A stretch of DNA of 64,000 bases, from the NCBI RefSeq assembly GCF_018977255.1, contig NW_024704783.1:248001-312000 (forward strand). The letters are read 5' to 3'. The notes under the pieces are model-generated. The model saw only the letters and a program-made list of their open reading frames with translations. It had not been told where the DNA came from and searched no databases. The translations under genes were made by a program, and so were the position numbers. The stretch comes from Callorhinchus milii (lineage: Eukaryota). Positions 62,655 to 64,000 of the stretch are shown here, piece by piece. The first letter of the stretch is position 1. The number at the start of each line of letters is the position of its first letter.

Positions 62655-63010
62655 AGGGGCTGTGTGGGTGTGGATCTGTGTGGGTGTGCGTGGGACTGGG
62701 TGGAATTCAATGTATCTGAGTTTGTCTGCGCATGGGTGGCAGTGAGAGTGTGTGTGCCTGGGTGCATGATTATGTGTGTGTGAGTGTGTGGGGGTCTCTG
62801 TAGAGGTGAGTGCGTGTGAGTATGAGTCTGGGTGGGACTGGGTGGAATTGAATGTGTCTGAGTGTGACTGGGCCTGGGTGGGAGTGAGTGTGTGTGGGTC
62901 TGGGTGTATGAGTGTGTGTGTGTGGGGGGGGGGTCTGGATAGATGTGCGTGCGTGTGAGTGTAAGTGCATGTGAGTGTGTGTGAGTGGAAGCGGATGTGA
63001 GTGTGAATGA
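62655..63010. repeat. (GT)-rich minisatellite with an internal duplication of GGGACTGGGTGGAATT(C/G)AATGT
   Basis: Direct inspection. Confidence 0.85.
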
Positions 63011-63506
63011 GTGTAATTTTTTTACAAGGTACATTTATGGCTAATCGCTTTTTGAAGTGAATATGTATTTGTATAGGAAGTTTAGCGATAAAGTCAATAG
63101 TTTTACATCCGAGATACTGCTACTTGTAGAATGCGATGTTATTTAGTGAAAACGAAAATATCCTGGAAGGGAACAAGTGTCGCTGACATTTGCAATTCTG
63201 AAGCTGCAAATAAAATCCAGACTGAGATTGGATTTTCTATGGTGATGTCGAATGATTTGTGAAAGCACTATTAACTTTTTGGGGGACTGTTGGGGTGGGG
63301 CGGTCTGGTGTTGGGGGATATCTGATGAGTATCTGACACATGTGGAAACCTATGACCACGCTTATGAGTATTCAAAACAAAATAATGGTGGTATTAACTT
63401 GGTGCTAACATCCGTTGAAACCAAAGGATGTACGTCCTCACTCTTCAGATTGCACTTAATTTGAAATCAATACCTCTGTTCCTGACTCATAGTTACAACA
63501 ATTATC

Positions 63507-63512
63507 TTTATT
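63507..63512 (-). terminator. Polyadenylation signal for the secretory IgH transcript
   Basis: AATAAA on the minus strand about 90 nt after the stop codon at 63602. Confidence 0.65.
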
Positions 63513-63601
63513 TGAGTAAATTTTTCCATGAAATCATACATGACAATGCAATGATACTGAGGCGGGTGCACAAAAGCATAAGCAAAATGTTATAGAGACA
63601 C

Positions 63602-63993
63602 TCACCGACACGCATTGAAGGTGTCCATCAGGACTAGGGCAATGTTCATCAGACTCGGTTTAACGCTGGAATTACTAACGGTTCTGGTCAGGGTCTTCAG
63701 TGGTAAGGTTTCATGTCCGACCACACAGGGGTAAGCGAGACCACTGTTCCACTCTCCGGCTGAGATGGACAACATGCTGTACATGGAGTAGTTGTGATCT
63801 GCTCTGTCTGCCATCACCTCAGTGTTCCGGTAGTTCTTGGCATCAATCAACTGCTCATTCACAGTCCACTGTACAACGATATCTCTGGGAGCGAAATCCT
63901 TCACCAGGTAGGTGAGGGTGAGAGTGTACGGAGCAGACAATTCCTCTGCCGAGGGGAAAAGGAGATACACCGACGGTTGTTTTGTGTCCTCAA
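63602..63993 (-). CDS. IGHM: Immunoglobulin mu heavy chain last constant domain (C-mu4) plus secretory tailpiece; terminal exon of an IgM-type gene continuing beyond the window; atypical, possibly a pseudogene
   Basis: Acceptor cccacag|TT, then EDTKQPSVYLLFPSAEELS...LTLTYLVKDF...VQWTVN...NYRNTEVMA...YSMYSMLSI..GEWNSG..YPCVVGHETLPLK...KPSLMNIALVLMDTFNACR*. This is closely similar to recalled shark IgM C-mu4 and its tail ([20 protein letters not shown]). B-strand Cys reads Tyr. Confidence 0.88.
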
Positions 63994-64000
63994 CTGTGGG

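Overview
Vertebrate DNA, almost certainly from a cartilaginous fish. The evidence is a shark-type IgM C-mu4 plus secretory tail, chondrichthyan-type L2/CR1 LINEs and tRNA-derived SINEs; the species is not determined. The window holds a tandem cluster of two-exon GPR139/GPR142-like class A GPCRs. Three copies are protein-identical and sit inside a near-identical 8.4/16.8-kb duplication whose copies are joined across N-gaps, so they may be partly an assembly artefact. There is also one diverged intact paralog and two pseudogenes, one of them inverted. A tRNA-Leu(TAG) gene, or its decayed copy, lies 2.7-3 kb upstream of several GPCR copies with homologous flanks, which suggests an older tRNA+GPCR duplication unit. 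Near 38.8-39.2 kb is a CpG-rich promoter-like island (CRE palindrome, ZNF143/Staf motif, 35-bp palindromic repeats) with no recognisable gene attached, followed by about 4 kb of CACACAGTC minisatellites. The right end carries the last exon of an IgM heavy chain gene on the minus strand. It lacks the B-strand Cys, the internal splice donor used for the membrane form, and the tailpiece glycan sequon. The rest is LINE/SINE/LTR debris. All alignments were done by eye, family names come from recalled consensus sequences with no database search, and repeat boundaries are approximate.
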